DNA of 64,000 nucleotides from contig UYFQ01000001.1 in the NCBI GenBank assembly GCA_900617105.1, positions 2,728,001 through 2,792,000 on the forward strand. The letters are read 5' to 3'. The first letter of the stretch is position 1. The number at the start of each line of letters is the position of its first letter. The translations under genes were made by a program, and so were the position numbers. This document shows positions 1 through 8,636 of this stretch, piece after piece. The notes under the pieces are model-generated. The model was not told where the DNA came from and did no database searches. It worked only from the letters and a program-made list of their open reading frames with translations. The stretch is from Hydrurus foetidus (Eukaryota).

Positions 1-214
1 CCAGCCAAGCGGGCAACATTACAAGCCGCAGCCGCTAGCAGCCAAACGCCCGTCACCCGCATCGGCGTGATTCAAGCCGAGCCCGGTTTGCGGCTGATTG
101 ACGGCGCTGGCAAACCGGTTGCAGCGCAACTCGCGTCGTTTGACCACTTCGCAATGTAATGGCTACCCGACGTTAAAATCTAGGGTTTTCCCCTTCTCAG
201 AACCCCCCACCCCC

Positions 215-988
215 ATGAGCGCTTTCAACGAAGAACGTGTGCTGTCCGTCCACCACTGGACCGACAAATTGTTTACCTTCACCACCACACGCGACGAGTC
301 CATGCGATTTAGCAATGGCCACTTCACCATGATTGGCCTGAAGGTCAATGACAAGCCGCTGCTCCGCGCGTACAGCATCGTGTCATCCAACTACGAAGAC
401 CATCTGGAGTTTTTAAGCATCAAGGTGCCCGACGGCCCGCTGACGTCGCGCCTGCAGCACATCCAGGTGGGTGACACGGTCATCGTCGGCAAAAAGCCCA
501 CCGGCACGCTGCTGATTGACTACTTGCTGCCCGGCAAACGCCTGTATTTGTTGTCGACCGGCACCGGGCTGGCTCCGTTCATGAGCATCATCCGCGACCC
601 GGAAACGTACGAAGCTTTTGAGCAAGTGGTGCTGGTACACGGCGTGCGTGAAAAAGACGAGTTGGCCTACCACGACCTGGTGACCGAGCACCTGCCTCAG
701 CACGAGTTTTTAGGCGAAATGATTGCCAAGCAACTGCTGTACTACCCCACGGTAACGCGCGAGTCCTACCGCACCATGGGCCGGGTAACTGACCTCATGG
801 CCAACGGCAAAATGTTTGCCGACCTGAACCTGCCGCCGCTAGACGCCGCCACAGACCGCGTGATGATTTGCGGCAGTCCCGGCATGCTCAAAGACCTCAA
901 AGTGATGCTGGAGGACAAGGGCTTTAAAGAAGGCACCACTTCGAAGCCCGGCGACTTTGTGATTGAACGGGCGTTTGCAGAGAAGTGA
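215..988 (+). CDS. fpr: Ferredoxin--NADP(+) reductase
   Basis: RAYSIVS FAD motif, TGTGLAPF and MICGSPGM motifs; ATG at 215 preferred over the upstream TTG. Confidence 0.95.
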   Translation: MSAFNEERVLSVHHWTDKLFTFTTTRDESMRFSNGHFTMIGLKVNDKPLLRAYSIVSSNYEDHLEFLSIKVPDGPLTSRLQHIQVGDTVIVGKKPTGTLLIDYLLPGKRLYLLSTGTGLAPFMSIIRDPETYEAFEQVVLVHGVREKDELAYHDLVTEHLPQHEFLGEMIAKQLLYYPTVTRESYRTMGRVTDLMANGKMFADLNLPPLDAATDRVMICGSPGMLKDLKVMLEDKGFKEGTTSKPGDFVIERAFAEK

Positions 989-1227
989 GCTTTAGGCTGT
1001 AAAAATAAGGTCGATCGATTCCACCTGCGTTGAGCGTCGGTCTAATAAATAGAGGCTCAACGCGCTATTCAAATCATTATTTTTGATGGCTTTTTGTAAC
1101 CTTTGTCTACTGCGTTCAGCGCTTGCATGAGCTGTTGGCAAAAGGCCAAACAAGCGGGTAACGTGATAGGCCGGATAATGACCAAATTCAGTCCCACATT
1201 CCGTCCAATCAATGCACAAGGGTCGCT

Positions 1228-1506
1228 ATGCCATCCGTCGCCAACATCAAGTCCATTTCTTACCTGAAGAGCCACGCCGCGCAGATTTCTGCAGAGCTGG
1301 AGATGAATGGCAATCCGTTCTTCATCACGCAAAATGGGGATGCCAGCATGGTGATTGAGAGCGTCAAACAGTACCAGGAAAAGGAATCGCTAATTGCCGC
1401 CCTGAAGCTCATGGCCTTGGGTGAAAAAGACCGCATGCAAGGTAAAGGTATTTCCGTTGCTGAGTCACGTGCACAATTGGCCGCAGCCCGCCAGCGCCGC
1501 AATTAG
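1228..1506 (+). CDS. Phd/YefM family antitoxin
   Basis: IKSISYLKSHAAQI...FFITQNG N-terminal pattern; directly upstream of a RelE-like gene. Confidence 0.85.
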   Translation: MPSVANIKSISYLKSHAAQISAELEMNGNPFFITQNGDASMVIESVKQYQEKESLIAALKLMALGEKDRMQGKGISVAESRAQLAAARQRRN

Positions 1507-1511
1507 AAGTT

Positions 1512-1832
1512 ATGGCCATCATCATTCTGCCCGATGCGCAGGAGGATTTGCTCTCGCTTCAGGAGTACATGCTTGACAAGTGGAGCGAAGCGGACTGGCT
1601 CAAGGCCGAGGACGAAATATTCGAGAAGCTGGCGCTGGTTGACACGGGTTTTTTAACTGGAGCGCCCGTCCAGGAATTTGCATCCGTTGGCATCTTTGAA
1701 TACCAAAACGTTTTTACCTCACACCACAAGTTGGTTTATCGGCGTATCAACGCGGACGTTTATGTCTACGTAATTGCAGCGCACCGACAAGATTTCTCGA
1801 CGCTTTTGACGAAGCGGTTACTGAAAATCTGA
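1512..1832 (+). CDS. RelE/ParE family toxin
   Basis: 106 aa, ILPDAQEDL start and HKLVYR...VYVIAAHRQD end; 5 bp after the antitoxin. Confidence 0.85.
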   Translation: MAIIILPDAQEDLLSLQEYMLDKWSEADWLKAEDEIFEKLALVDTGFLTGAPVQEFASVGIFEYQNVFTSHHKLVYRRINADVYVYVIAAHRQDFSTLLTKRLLKI

Positions 1833-1923
1833 TCGCACCCAGACTGCCTCCCGCTCCAGCGACACGCTTCCTTAATCATCTCTTTTAGCTACCTGTAACC
1901 CACACCGACTCAACTCAAACGTT

Positions 1924-3552
1924 GTGCGCTCTGCTGGCGCAGGCGTAGGCGCAGCGGTGGGCTTGGCTCTGGGTGGGGCGAAATTTGGCTTTAACGACTT
2001 CGGCAACCAGCTCGTTCGGGGCACCTTAACCGGGCTTGCTGCCGGCACAACTGCAGCGGTCATGCGCGGTGGGCGCATCAGCGTGCAGCAAGTGGCCACT
2101 GATGCGTTTGGCAATGCACTGGGCTCCAGTCTGGCTAGTGGCAGCTTCAGCGGCAGCCAGAACGAAGACCGCTTGGGCGACTCTATAGCCCAGCAAGAGA
2201 CTGCGCAAACCCAGCGTGATCAATACCGCCCCTACACCGGTGGCACAGATTGGGCCACTGATGTGGCCATGCGCCGCGCCAGTTACCCCACTTACGCGCA
2301 GTCCGCACCACAACCCTACGGCAACGACGAGTTTCGAAGCTCCGAGCGTGCTTACCGCAGCGCTACCGAGTCGAGCATGCCTGGCACCAGCAGGCGGGCA
2401 GGCGCGGGCGACTCTATCTCAAGCATGGTGGGCACTAGCGAGCCACAGGCCATTGGCAACTTTATGCGTGCCAACAACCTGACCACAGACAGACTGCAAG
2501 CTGGGGGCACTTACTTTGTGCCAGCAAGCGCTGACTCCTACGGCGACCAGCAAGCGCTGGGGCAAGGCGCATTGAACGCAGGCAACGCACGCATGGCAGC
2601 GCGGCAAGAAGCAGCAGCGCAGGCAGCCTCCATGGACCAGGCTAACCAGCAGCGTTGGGATGCCATGCAGGTGGGGGCTTGGAGTGGGCGCACTGGGCAG
2701 GTTGGTGCGTCGTCGATGGGAGTGGTTACTGGCAGTGCAAGCGGGTCCGCCACATTCAACGACAGTTCCCTATTGGGTGCTGCGGCAGGCGTTGCTGCAT
2801 CTTTTGGCGAAATGGCAGTAGGTGCGGCGCGCATTGGCAGCAACATGATCATGCAAGTGGGCGATATTTTGACTGGCGGATATAACCACAATCATCCAGT
2901 TATGCAGCAGGTATGGTCTGAGCAACAAGCACTAGGCAGGGGCATTGTTAATGCAGTCATCAGCCCACGCTTAACAACAACCAACTTGATCGAAGGCGTT
3001 GTGAATCGCTACGACAACGCGATGACCCAAGGCGGTGACTTTGATCGAAGCTATGAGCTGGGCAAACTGTTTAATGATGTGGGTCAGGGTGCCATCGGCG
3101 CAGGGTTTGCGTTACGCGGTGCGGCGCGTCTGGGAGTTTCTGGGCTGGAGTTTGTTGGGGAAAATGCGTTTTCCGGATCGGCGGTAGGAGGTAAATCTGC
3201 TCAAATGGGTGGCGTAAACTTTGGGGCGCTTTTGAAAGAGCGTATAGGTGAGCCGTCCGTTAATATGGTCGATCCTCATGCGCACCATATTCTTTTCAAG
3301 GAAGGAAATGGAGTAGCGCAAAAGGCACTTGTTGCCGAAGGGCAAGAGCTATTGCGAAGATACGATATCGATCCGATTATGGGGAGTGAGAACATGGTGT
3401 GGGCACCAAACAGAGTGGCAGGTCAACATCATATTGATGCATTGAGGAATGTAGTGGACAACCTGAAATTGACACACGAAAATATCGGAACTCGAGATGC
3501 GATGGTCAACGAGCTTGCGCGATTGGGACGAGTTTCAGCACAAAGAAAGTAA
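1924..3552 (+). CDS. Orphan polymorphic toxin cassette C0 (5'-truncated) with AHH-type nuclease tip
   Basis: Begins inside the Gly-rich arm shared with 9644-9882; degenerate LysM (AGAGDSISS...RANNLTTDRLQAG); C-terminal HAHHIL...ENMVWAPN...HH. Confidence 0.8.
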   Translation: MRSAGAGVGAAVGLALGGAKFGFNDFGNQLVRGTLTGLAAGTTAAVMRGGRISVQQVATDAFGNALGSSLASGSFSGSQNEDRLGDSIAQQETAQTQRDQYRPYTGGTDWATDVAMRRASYPTYAQSAPQPYGNDEFRSSERAYRSATESSMPGTSRRAGAGDSISSMVGTSEPQAIGNFMRANNLTTDRLQAGGTYFVPASADSYGDQQALGQGALNAGNARMAARQEAAAQAASMDQANQQRWDAMQVGAWSGRTGQVGASSMGVVTGSASGSATFNDSSLLGAAAGVAASFGEMAVGAARIGSNMIMQVGDILTGGYNHNHPVMQQVWSEQQALGRGIVNAVISPRLTTTNLIEGVVNRYDNAMTQGGDFDRSYELGKLFNDVGQGAIGAGFALRGAARLGVSGLEFVGENAFSGSAVGGKSAQMGGVNFGALLKERIGEPSVNMVDPHAHHILFKEGNGVAQKALVAEGQELLRRYDIDPIMGSENMVWAPNRVAGQHHIDALRNVVDNLKLTHENIGTRDAMVNELARLGRVSAQRK

Positions 3553-3556
3553 GATT

Positions 3557-4078
3557 ATGCAAACAGAAAAACAGCTCAAAACGCAGGAGATTTTGCGTGT
3601 AATCAGAGCAGATGATCTTTCGGCCTATAAAGCACTCACAAAAGATGACAAGTTATGTTTAGCTGAGATTCCTCCATTAGGCACGCATCTTCACATCGCA
3701 GCAGATGCCGGTAGTCTTGAAATAGTTGAATATTTGGTAGCTCAGGGCGTAGATGTAAACCGTCGAGCTGGAACTATCGGTGGCAATGCACTGAATGAAG
3801 CCGCACCGAAAGGTCATTTGAAAATAATCAAGTATCTTCTCAGTGTCGGCTCTGAAATGGATACAAGTGAACCTGAGAGAAATCCGTTATTCGGCGCAAT
3901 TTACGGAGGCAATGAAGATGGCGTCCGGATATTGATAAATGCAGGAATCGATACGACAATAAAATACACTGGCGAAAGCATGAAGCAGATGGATGCATAT
4001 GCGTTTGCTATTGAACGTGGGCAGTTCAAAATAGCCGAGGTAATTCGTCAGTACTCAGGCAACGAGGTACGGTCTTAA
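3557..4078 (+). CDS. Ankyrin-repeat immunity protein
   Basis: GTHLHIAADAGSLEIVEYLVAQGVDVN ankyrin repeats; 4 bp after the toxin stop; AT-rich. Confidence 0.8.
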   Translation: MQTEKQLKTQEILRVIRADDLSAYKALTKDDKLCLAEIPPLGTHLHIAADAGSLEIVEYLVAQGVDVNRRAGTIGGNALNEAAPKGHLKIIKYLLSVGSEMDTSEPERNPLFGAIYGGNEDGVRILINAGIDTTIKYTGESMKQMDAYAFAIERGQFKIAEVIRQYSGNEVRS

Positions 4079-4370
4079 AAGCAAGAGCACACAAAAATGG
4101 GGTTACGTCTCTTGTTATCGGACGATATTAGAGTCGATTCTTCAATTGTCATTTTTGGTTAAACATCCGCCAGTGGCCCGCCCCCTTCGCCTTAAATTTG
4201 TACACCGGCTTTGCCATATCATCTCCCTAAAGTCATACTTTTAATCAAGCAAATCTGCACAAAAAAATGGAGATTGCTACAGGTCGACCACAATCAACAT
4301 AAGCCGTCGAGTAGAAATCGACCACTAAGCTCAGTTTTCCCAATCAGCGCTACTTAAAAGCATAAAATCA

Positions 4371-4418
4371 AGCCACAGACCAATAAATACGGGCGCAAGC
4401 AGCTACTAAAATCATAGT
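4371..4418 (+). repeat. Dispersed two-hairpin repeat R1
   Basis: Matches consensus AGCCCAATAAATACGGGCGCAAGCAGCTACTAAAATCATAGY. Confidence 0.85.
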
Positions 4419-5233
4419 TCTGTAGAAATCTGCCTGAACCGTTTCGACGTCAACGGCCAGCTAGGAGCGATCACCGACTCCACCGACGCCGCCAAGAACC
4501 GCACCTTCGTCAACGACGCAGCAGGCCGTGCCCTCTTCGTTAACCAAAACGGCCAAGTCCAAAGGCAGTTGATCGTCGCCGGTGAGGTGCTCGGGCGCGT
4601 GGGCACAGAAGCCAGCGGCGCAGCCGTGGCCGACTTCAACTTTGGCTACCGGCCCATTGACGGGCGCTACCCCACAGCCAGCCCAGGCGTGTATGTGGTG
4701 GGCGCGGGTGACACGCTCGAGTCCATTGCCCGCAGCGCCTATGGCGACAGCGCCCTGTGGTACCGCCTGGCCGAGGCCAACGGCCTGAGCAGCAACAACG
4801 ACCTCAAAGTCGGCCAGAGCTTGAGCATCCCGAATCGGGTGGGCACCGAAAGCAACAACGCCTCGAGCTTCAAGCCTTACGATCCGAGCGCAATTACTGG
4901 CAGCACCACGCCGGATGTACCGGTGACCCAGCCCCAGGGCGAGGACGATGACTGCGGCGGGGTTGGGCCATTCATTGTGGTCATTGTGGCGGCGGCAGTG
5001 GTTTACTTCACAGCTGGGGCCGCGTTGGGCGCAATTGGCACTACAACAGCAGCGACTGGCGGCCTGACAGGCGCAACAGCCGTGTCTGCGGTAGGAGCTG
5101 GAACCGCCAGCTGGACGGCAGGCTCGCTCATCGCCGCCGGTGCCATTGGCGGCGCAGCAGGCTCCATTGCTGGTCAAATTGTCGGCAACGCGCTGGGCAT
5201 TCAAAACGGCTTTAGCTGGAAGCAAGTTGCCCT
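4381..5233 (+). repeat. Homology arm A (copy at 8599-9451; partial copies 12511-12739 and 13783-14258)
   Basis: Near-identical direct repeat, offset 4218. Confidence 0.95.
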
Positions 5234-6890
5234 TGGCGCAATTGGCGGCGGCATCAGTGCCGGTCTGGGGGGAATAGGCGGCCAAGGCGGAGTGAACTTT
5301 ACGGGTGCCGCTGAGGGCGCCACAAGTCTAGGCAACCGCATCATTCAAGGCGCGGTCGGCAACGCCCTGACCCAGGGCGTTGGCGTAGTCACAGGCTTGC
5401 AAGAGCATTTCAGCTGGCGCGCGGTAGCTGCCAGTGCTGCCGGCGCAGGGGTCGGCGCAGCGGTGGGCTCGGCTTTGGGTGGGGTGGACTTTGGCTTTAA
5501 CAACTTCGGCAACCAGCTCGTTCGGGGCACCCTGAGCGGGCTGGCAGCGGGCACGACAGCCGCGGTCATGCGCGGTGGGCGCATCAGCGTGCAGCAAGTA
5601 GCTACGGATGCGTTTGGCAATGCGCTGGGCTCCAGTCTGGCGGGTGGCAGCTTTAATGGGGCCAGTCAGCAAGGAGCCGTGCTGCAAGGCGCGGGGCCTT
5701 GGTCTGACCGGGACTATGTCAATGAGATGGACCGGCAAAGTGATAACTACAGCCGCAATCGCCAGAGCCAGCCGTACTACGACCAGATCGTGGGGGCGTT
5801 CGGTGGGGATGCGGGGCCGCGGTATCCGGGGGTGCAGGTAGCCGATGCGGGCAGACTGACGCTATCCGGCGTCACCAGCGATTCAGATGACGCCTACTAC
5901 GCTGGCATCATCGCCAAAGCGCAGGCCCGCGATGTCCAGCGGCAGGCGGCCGTTGCAAGTGGGCGTAGGCTGGATGCGCAAGCCACCACCAACCTGTACG
6001 CCAGTGGCGCGGGGGATGTGCGCGAGACGACTCCAGCGTTCGTACCAACCCTGCCAGAGATAACAGTCACTGCGCCTCGCATGAGCCAAGCCGAAATAAA
6101 TGCGTTTGATCGGCTCAGCCCAGGCGCAGATTCAATCTCTGCGATGGGTGAGCTAGACGGTATCTTGACGTTTAACCCAGCAGGCCAAGCACTGCGCGGA
6201 GCTGGCAACTTTGCCTACGATGCCTGGATGACTGGTCCACGCGCAGTCATCGGCTTGGGTAATCTGGCGCAAGATGCAGTGGGTTACGCCGCCAATGCGA
6301 TCTCGCCAAACCGCAGCGTGCTGACAGGCCAAGCGTTCGCCTATCAACCTCAAAGTGCTCTCATGCAAAGCGTTCAGCAGCAAGGCGTGCTGGGCACTCT
6401 GGGCACGGGCATCACAGGTGTGGTGCTCAATGCGCCGGGCATTGGGTTGATTGGGGCGCTGGCTGCACCAAATCGGAATTGGGGGAATATTGGGGCGCAG
6501 GTGTTGAATACTGGAATGGCCGGGGTAGGTGCCGTGGCCGGCATGCGTGGATCAACCAAGATTGGAGACGCACAAGCGGGACCCTACTCAAATCTCGTAG
6601 ACTCTCCATTTGTTGGGCCCGGTAAGAATTTCACCGCGTCACAAAAAGCAAAAATATTAAAGCAAAACTTTGAGGCAAACGGCGGCGTGTTGCGGTCTGA
6701 CCTAAACGGCGAAGTTTTGGTTCGACCTACCAAGAGCGTTAGAGGCGTTACGCCGCCCGTGAATGAAGCTCAGATCGACCACATTCTTGCGCGAATTCCG
6801 AGCAATCAAAGAGCACCTCCCGGCTCGAATAGTTTTGAGAACGCGCAGGTGTTATCAAGGGAGCAGAATCGTGCAAAGTCAAACAATTAG
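4410..6890 (+). CDS. Orphan toxin cassette C1: RHS/YD tail + LysM + TM/Gly-rich region + HNH nuclease tip
   Basis: Frame open from 4410 after TAA with no ATG near its 5' end; FDVNGQL YD-like repeat; YVVGAGDTLESIAR...AEANGL LysM; tip EAQIDH...GSNSFENAQVLSREQNRAKSN. Confidence 0.8.
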   Translation, partial: NHSSVEICLNRFDVNGQLGAITDSTDAAKNRTFVNDAAGRALFVNQNGQVQRQLIVAGEVLGRVGTEASGAAVADFNFGYRPIDGRYPTASPGVYVVGAGDTLESIARSAYGDSALWYRLAEANGLSSNNDLKVGQSLSIPNRVGTESNNASSFKPYDPSAITGSTTPDVPVTQPQGEDDDCGGVGPFIVVIVAAAVVYFTAGAALGAIGTTTAATGGLTGATAVSAVGAGTASWTAGSLIAAGAIGGAAGSIAGQIVGNALGIQNGFSWKQVALGAIGGGISAGLGGIGGQGGVNFTGAAEGATSLGNRIIQGAVGNALTQGVGVVTGLQEHFSWRAVAASAAGAGVGAAVGSALGGVDFGFNNFGNQLVRGTLSGLAAGTTAAVMRGGRISVQQVATDAFGNALGSSLAGGSFNGASQQGAVLQGAGPWSDRDYVNEMDRQSDNYSRNRQSQPYYDQIVGAFGGDAGPRYPGVQVADAGRLTLSGVTSDSDDAYYAGIIAKAQARDVQRQAAVASGRRLDAQATTNLYASGAGDVRETTPAFVPTLPEITVTAPRMSQAEINAFDRLSPGADSISAMGELDGILTFNPAGQALRGAGNFAYDAWMTGPRAVIGLGNLAQDAVGYAANAISPNRSVLTGQAFAYQPQSALMQSVQQQGVLGTLGTGITGVVLNAPGIGLIGALAAPNRNWGNIGAQVLNTGMAGVGAVAGMRGSTKIGDAQAGPYSNLVDSPFVGPGKNFTASQKAKILKQNFEANGGVLRSDLNGEVLVRPTKSVRGVTPPVNEAQIDHILARIPSNQRAPPGSNSFENAQVLSREQNRAKSNN
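5331..5724 (+). repeat. Homology arm B (copies at 9537-9930 and partially 1931-2167)
   Basis: Direct repeat encoding GNRIIQGA...VATDAFGNALGSSL. Confidence 0.9.
6199..6547 (+). repeat. Homology arm C (copy at 7235-7583)
   Basis: Direct repeat, offset 1036. Confidence 0.95.
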
Positions 6891-6899
6891 GAATCTCAA

Positions 6900-7181
6900 A
6901 TGGACTGGAAATTTCAAGATCCACCTAACGTAGCGGTCATTACAAATAGCAAAATCGTGAAAGATGGTGACTGGATTGCCTACGTTACGCACGATGAAAG
7001 TGACGGAGGTTGGCAGTTTCACAACCAAGAGCCGGTGAATGAGCAGGATGCTTTGGTCGTAAGCCTCAGAAGCATTTTTGAGCTAGATAGCAGTATTGGC
7101 GCATTAGCGGACCTTCCCATCGGCTGGCACGCGTGGCGCGAAACAAAGGGTGCGCCGTGGCAACGAAGCAAAGCGGCGTAG
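6900..7181 (+). CDS. Immunity protein (DUF2185/Imm33-like)
   Basis: HDESDGGWQF...LADLPIGW motif; 9 bp after the HNH toxin stop. Confidence 0.7.
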   Translation: MDWKFQDPPNVAVITNSKIVKDGDWIAYVTHDESDGGWQFHNQEPVNEQDALVVSLRSIFELDSSIGALADLPIGWHAWRETKGAPWQRSKAA

Positions 7182-7263
7182 ACATTGAGTAATTGGGGTC
7201 AACCCCTGCCGTCTTATTGGCGCTCCGCCCAGGTGAGCTGGCAACTGTGCCTACGATGCCTGG

Positions 7264-8031
7264 ATGACTGGTCCACGCGCAGTCATCGGCTTGGGCAATC
7301 TGGCGCAGGATGCTGTAGGTTACGCCGCCAATGCGATCTCGCCAAACCGCAGTGTGCTGACAGGCCAAGCGTTCACCTATCAACCTCAAAGTGCTCTCAT
7401 GCAAAGCGTTCAGCAGCAAGGCGTGCTGGGCACTCTGGGCACGGGCATCACAGGTGTGGTGCTCAATGCGCCGGGCATTGGGTTGATTGGGGCGCTGGCT
7501 GCACCTAATCGGGAGTGGGGGAATATTGGCGGGCAGGTGCTGAATACTGGGATGGCCGGGGTAGGTGCAGCTGCAAGCATGCGAGCAGGAAGCAGCGTCA
7601 ACAACGTTTCGGTGCTTGAAGCAACCGCACGTAAAGGGGGTTGGCCGGCTACGGGTGGTGCAGGGCCTGTTCCCGGAACTATCGGTATTACTAATCAAAC
7701 ATCGGTCGGTGCATTGAAGAATTACAACCCAAAGGGCGGCGGAGTTGAGTTTGTCTATGATCCGCGTTCAAGCACTTTTGTTGCGGGTCGTCCTGCTGCC
7801 GGCTTATTTGATGGATCTCCCCATCAACAGCTTGCCCAATCCATTGGCATAGTAGATCAACCTATTGTTGGAGGAACAATGCAGCGGGGCGCAAACGGTG
7901 AGTTTTACTTTACCGAAAACAGCGGTCATTTTGGGCAGAATTGGACAAATACAAATCGACAGCAATTCACGGACTGGTTTAGTCAACGTGTTGGTAGCCC
8001 AGTAACTCACAATCCATGGAGTGGTAGATGA
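7264..8031 (+). CDS. Orphan toxin cassette C2 with Ntox43-like tip
   Basis: About the first 100 aa duplicate C1 (6228-6547); tip EFVYDP...SPHQQL...VGG...ENSGHFG. Confidence 0.7.
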   Translation: MTGPRAVIGLGNLAQDAVGYAANAISPNRSVLTGQAFTYQPQSALMQSVQQQGVLGTLGTGITGVVLNAPGIGLIGALAAPNREWGNIGGQVLNTGMAGVGAAASMRAGSSVNNVSVLEATARKGGWPATGGAGPVPGTIGITNQTSVGALKNYNPKGGGVEFVYDPRSSTFVAGRPAAGLFDGSPHQQLAQSIGIVDQPIVGGTMQRGANGEFYFTENSGHFGQNWTNTNRQQFTDWFSQRVGSPVTHNPWSGR

Positions 8032-8489
8032 ACATAGATTTTCTTGCACCCCCGGCAGACCTTCCGCCTTATCTTTGGTTGGTTAAAGTTGGTCCAAGAA
8101 AACTGGGACTACATCAGCAAAAAGGTTGGTGTATGGAGGTTAACGAGCAGGTCGTGTTTTTTGATTCTGAAGACAAATGCGTACCTCTTGTCCCGATTCT
8201 TGAAGTCGAGGCAGAGAAATTCTTCGAGTTTTTGAAGAGTGCTGCGCTTCTGCATCCGTCTCAATCGGAAGACATAAATAAATTTCCTAAGGTACTACTG
8301 CTTAAACATGTCTTCCATACTTCTTTTTCTGGATATTGGCCGGAAAGAGCTTTAGGGTGGTTAGGCACTGATGAAGCGATTCAACCTTTGTTCAGAGCTG
8401 AGCTTGATAAATTTGTTCAGAATAAAACAATGTCGCAAGGAGCGCGCCAAAACGCGAAGCGGATAACGCACAAGCTCTCATTGGTTTGA
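8028..8489 (+). CDS. Putative immunity protein for C2 (family not recognised)
   Basis: ATGA overlap with the toxin stop; AT-rich; positional argument only. Confidence 0.6.
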   Translation: MNIDFLAPPADLPPYLWLVKVGPRKLGLHQQKGWCMEVNEQVVFFDSEDKCVPLVPILEVEAEKFFEFLKSAALLHPSQSEDINKFPKVLLLKHVFHTSFSGYWPERALGWLGTDEAIQPLFRAELDKFVQNKTMSQGARQNAKRITHKLSLV

Positions 8490-8588
8490 TGGGCGCTCCA
8501 GACAGCATGAATAACGGGGTCAGGTCTTTCGTTATCACACGCATCTCGGGTTTGGGCTTTTAAGTAGCATCAACGGCAGATCAAATAA

Positions 8589-8636
8589 GCTTTCAGCCCA
8601 ATAAATACGGGCGCAAGCAGCTACTAAAATCATAGT
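8589..8636 (+). repeat. R1 copy
   Basis: AGCCCAATAAATACGGGCGCAAGCAGCTACTAAAATCATAGT. Confidence 0.85.

Noticed and set aside
992..1219. 75-aa minus-strand ORF after fpr as an integrase remnant
   Set aside because: No recognisable recombinase motif; cannot be supported.
4412..4639. Repeated minus-strand ORFs MKSATAAP... (also 8630, 12500, 13747)
   Set aside because: Antisense shadows of the repeated RHS arm; the + frame carries the recognisable motifs.
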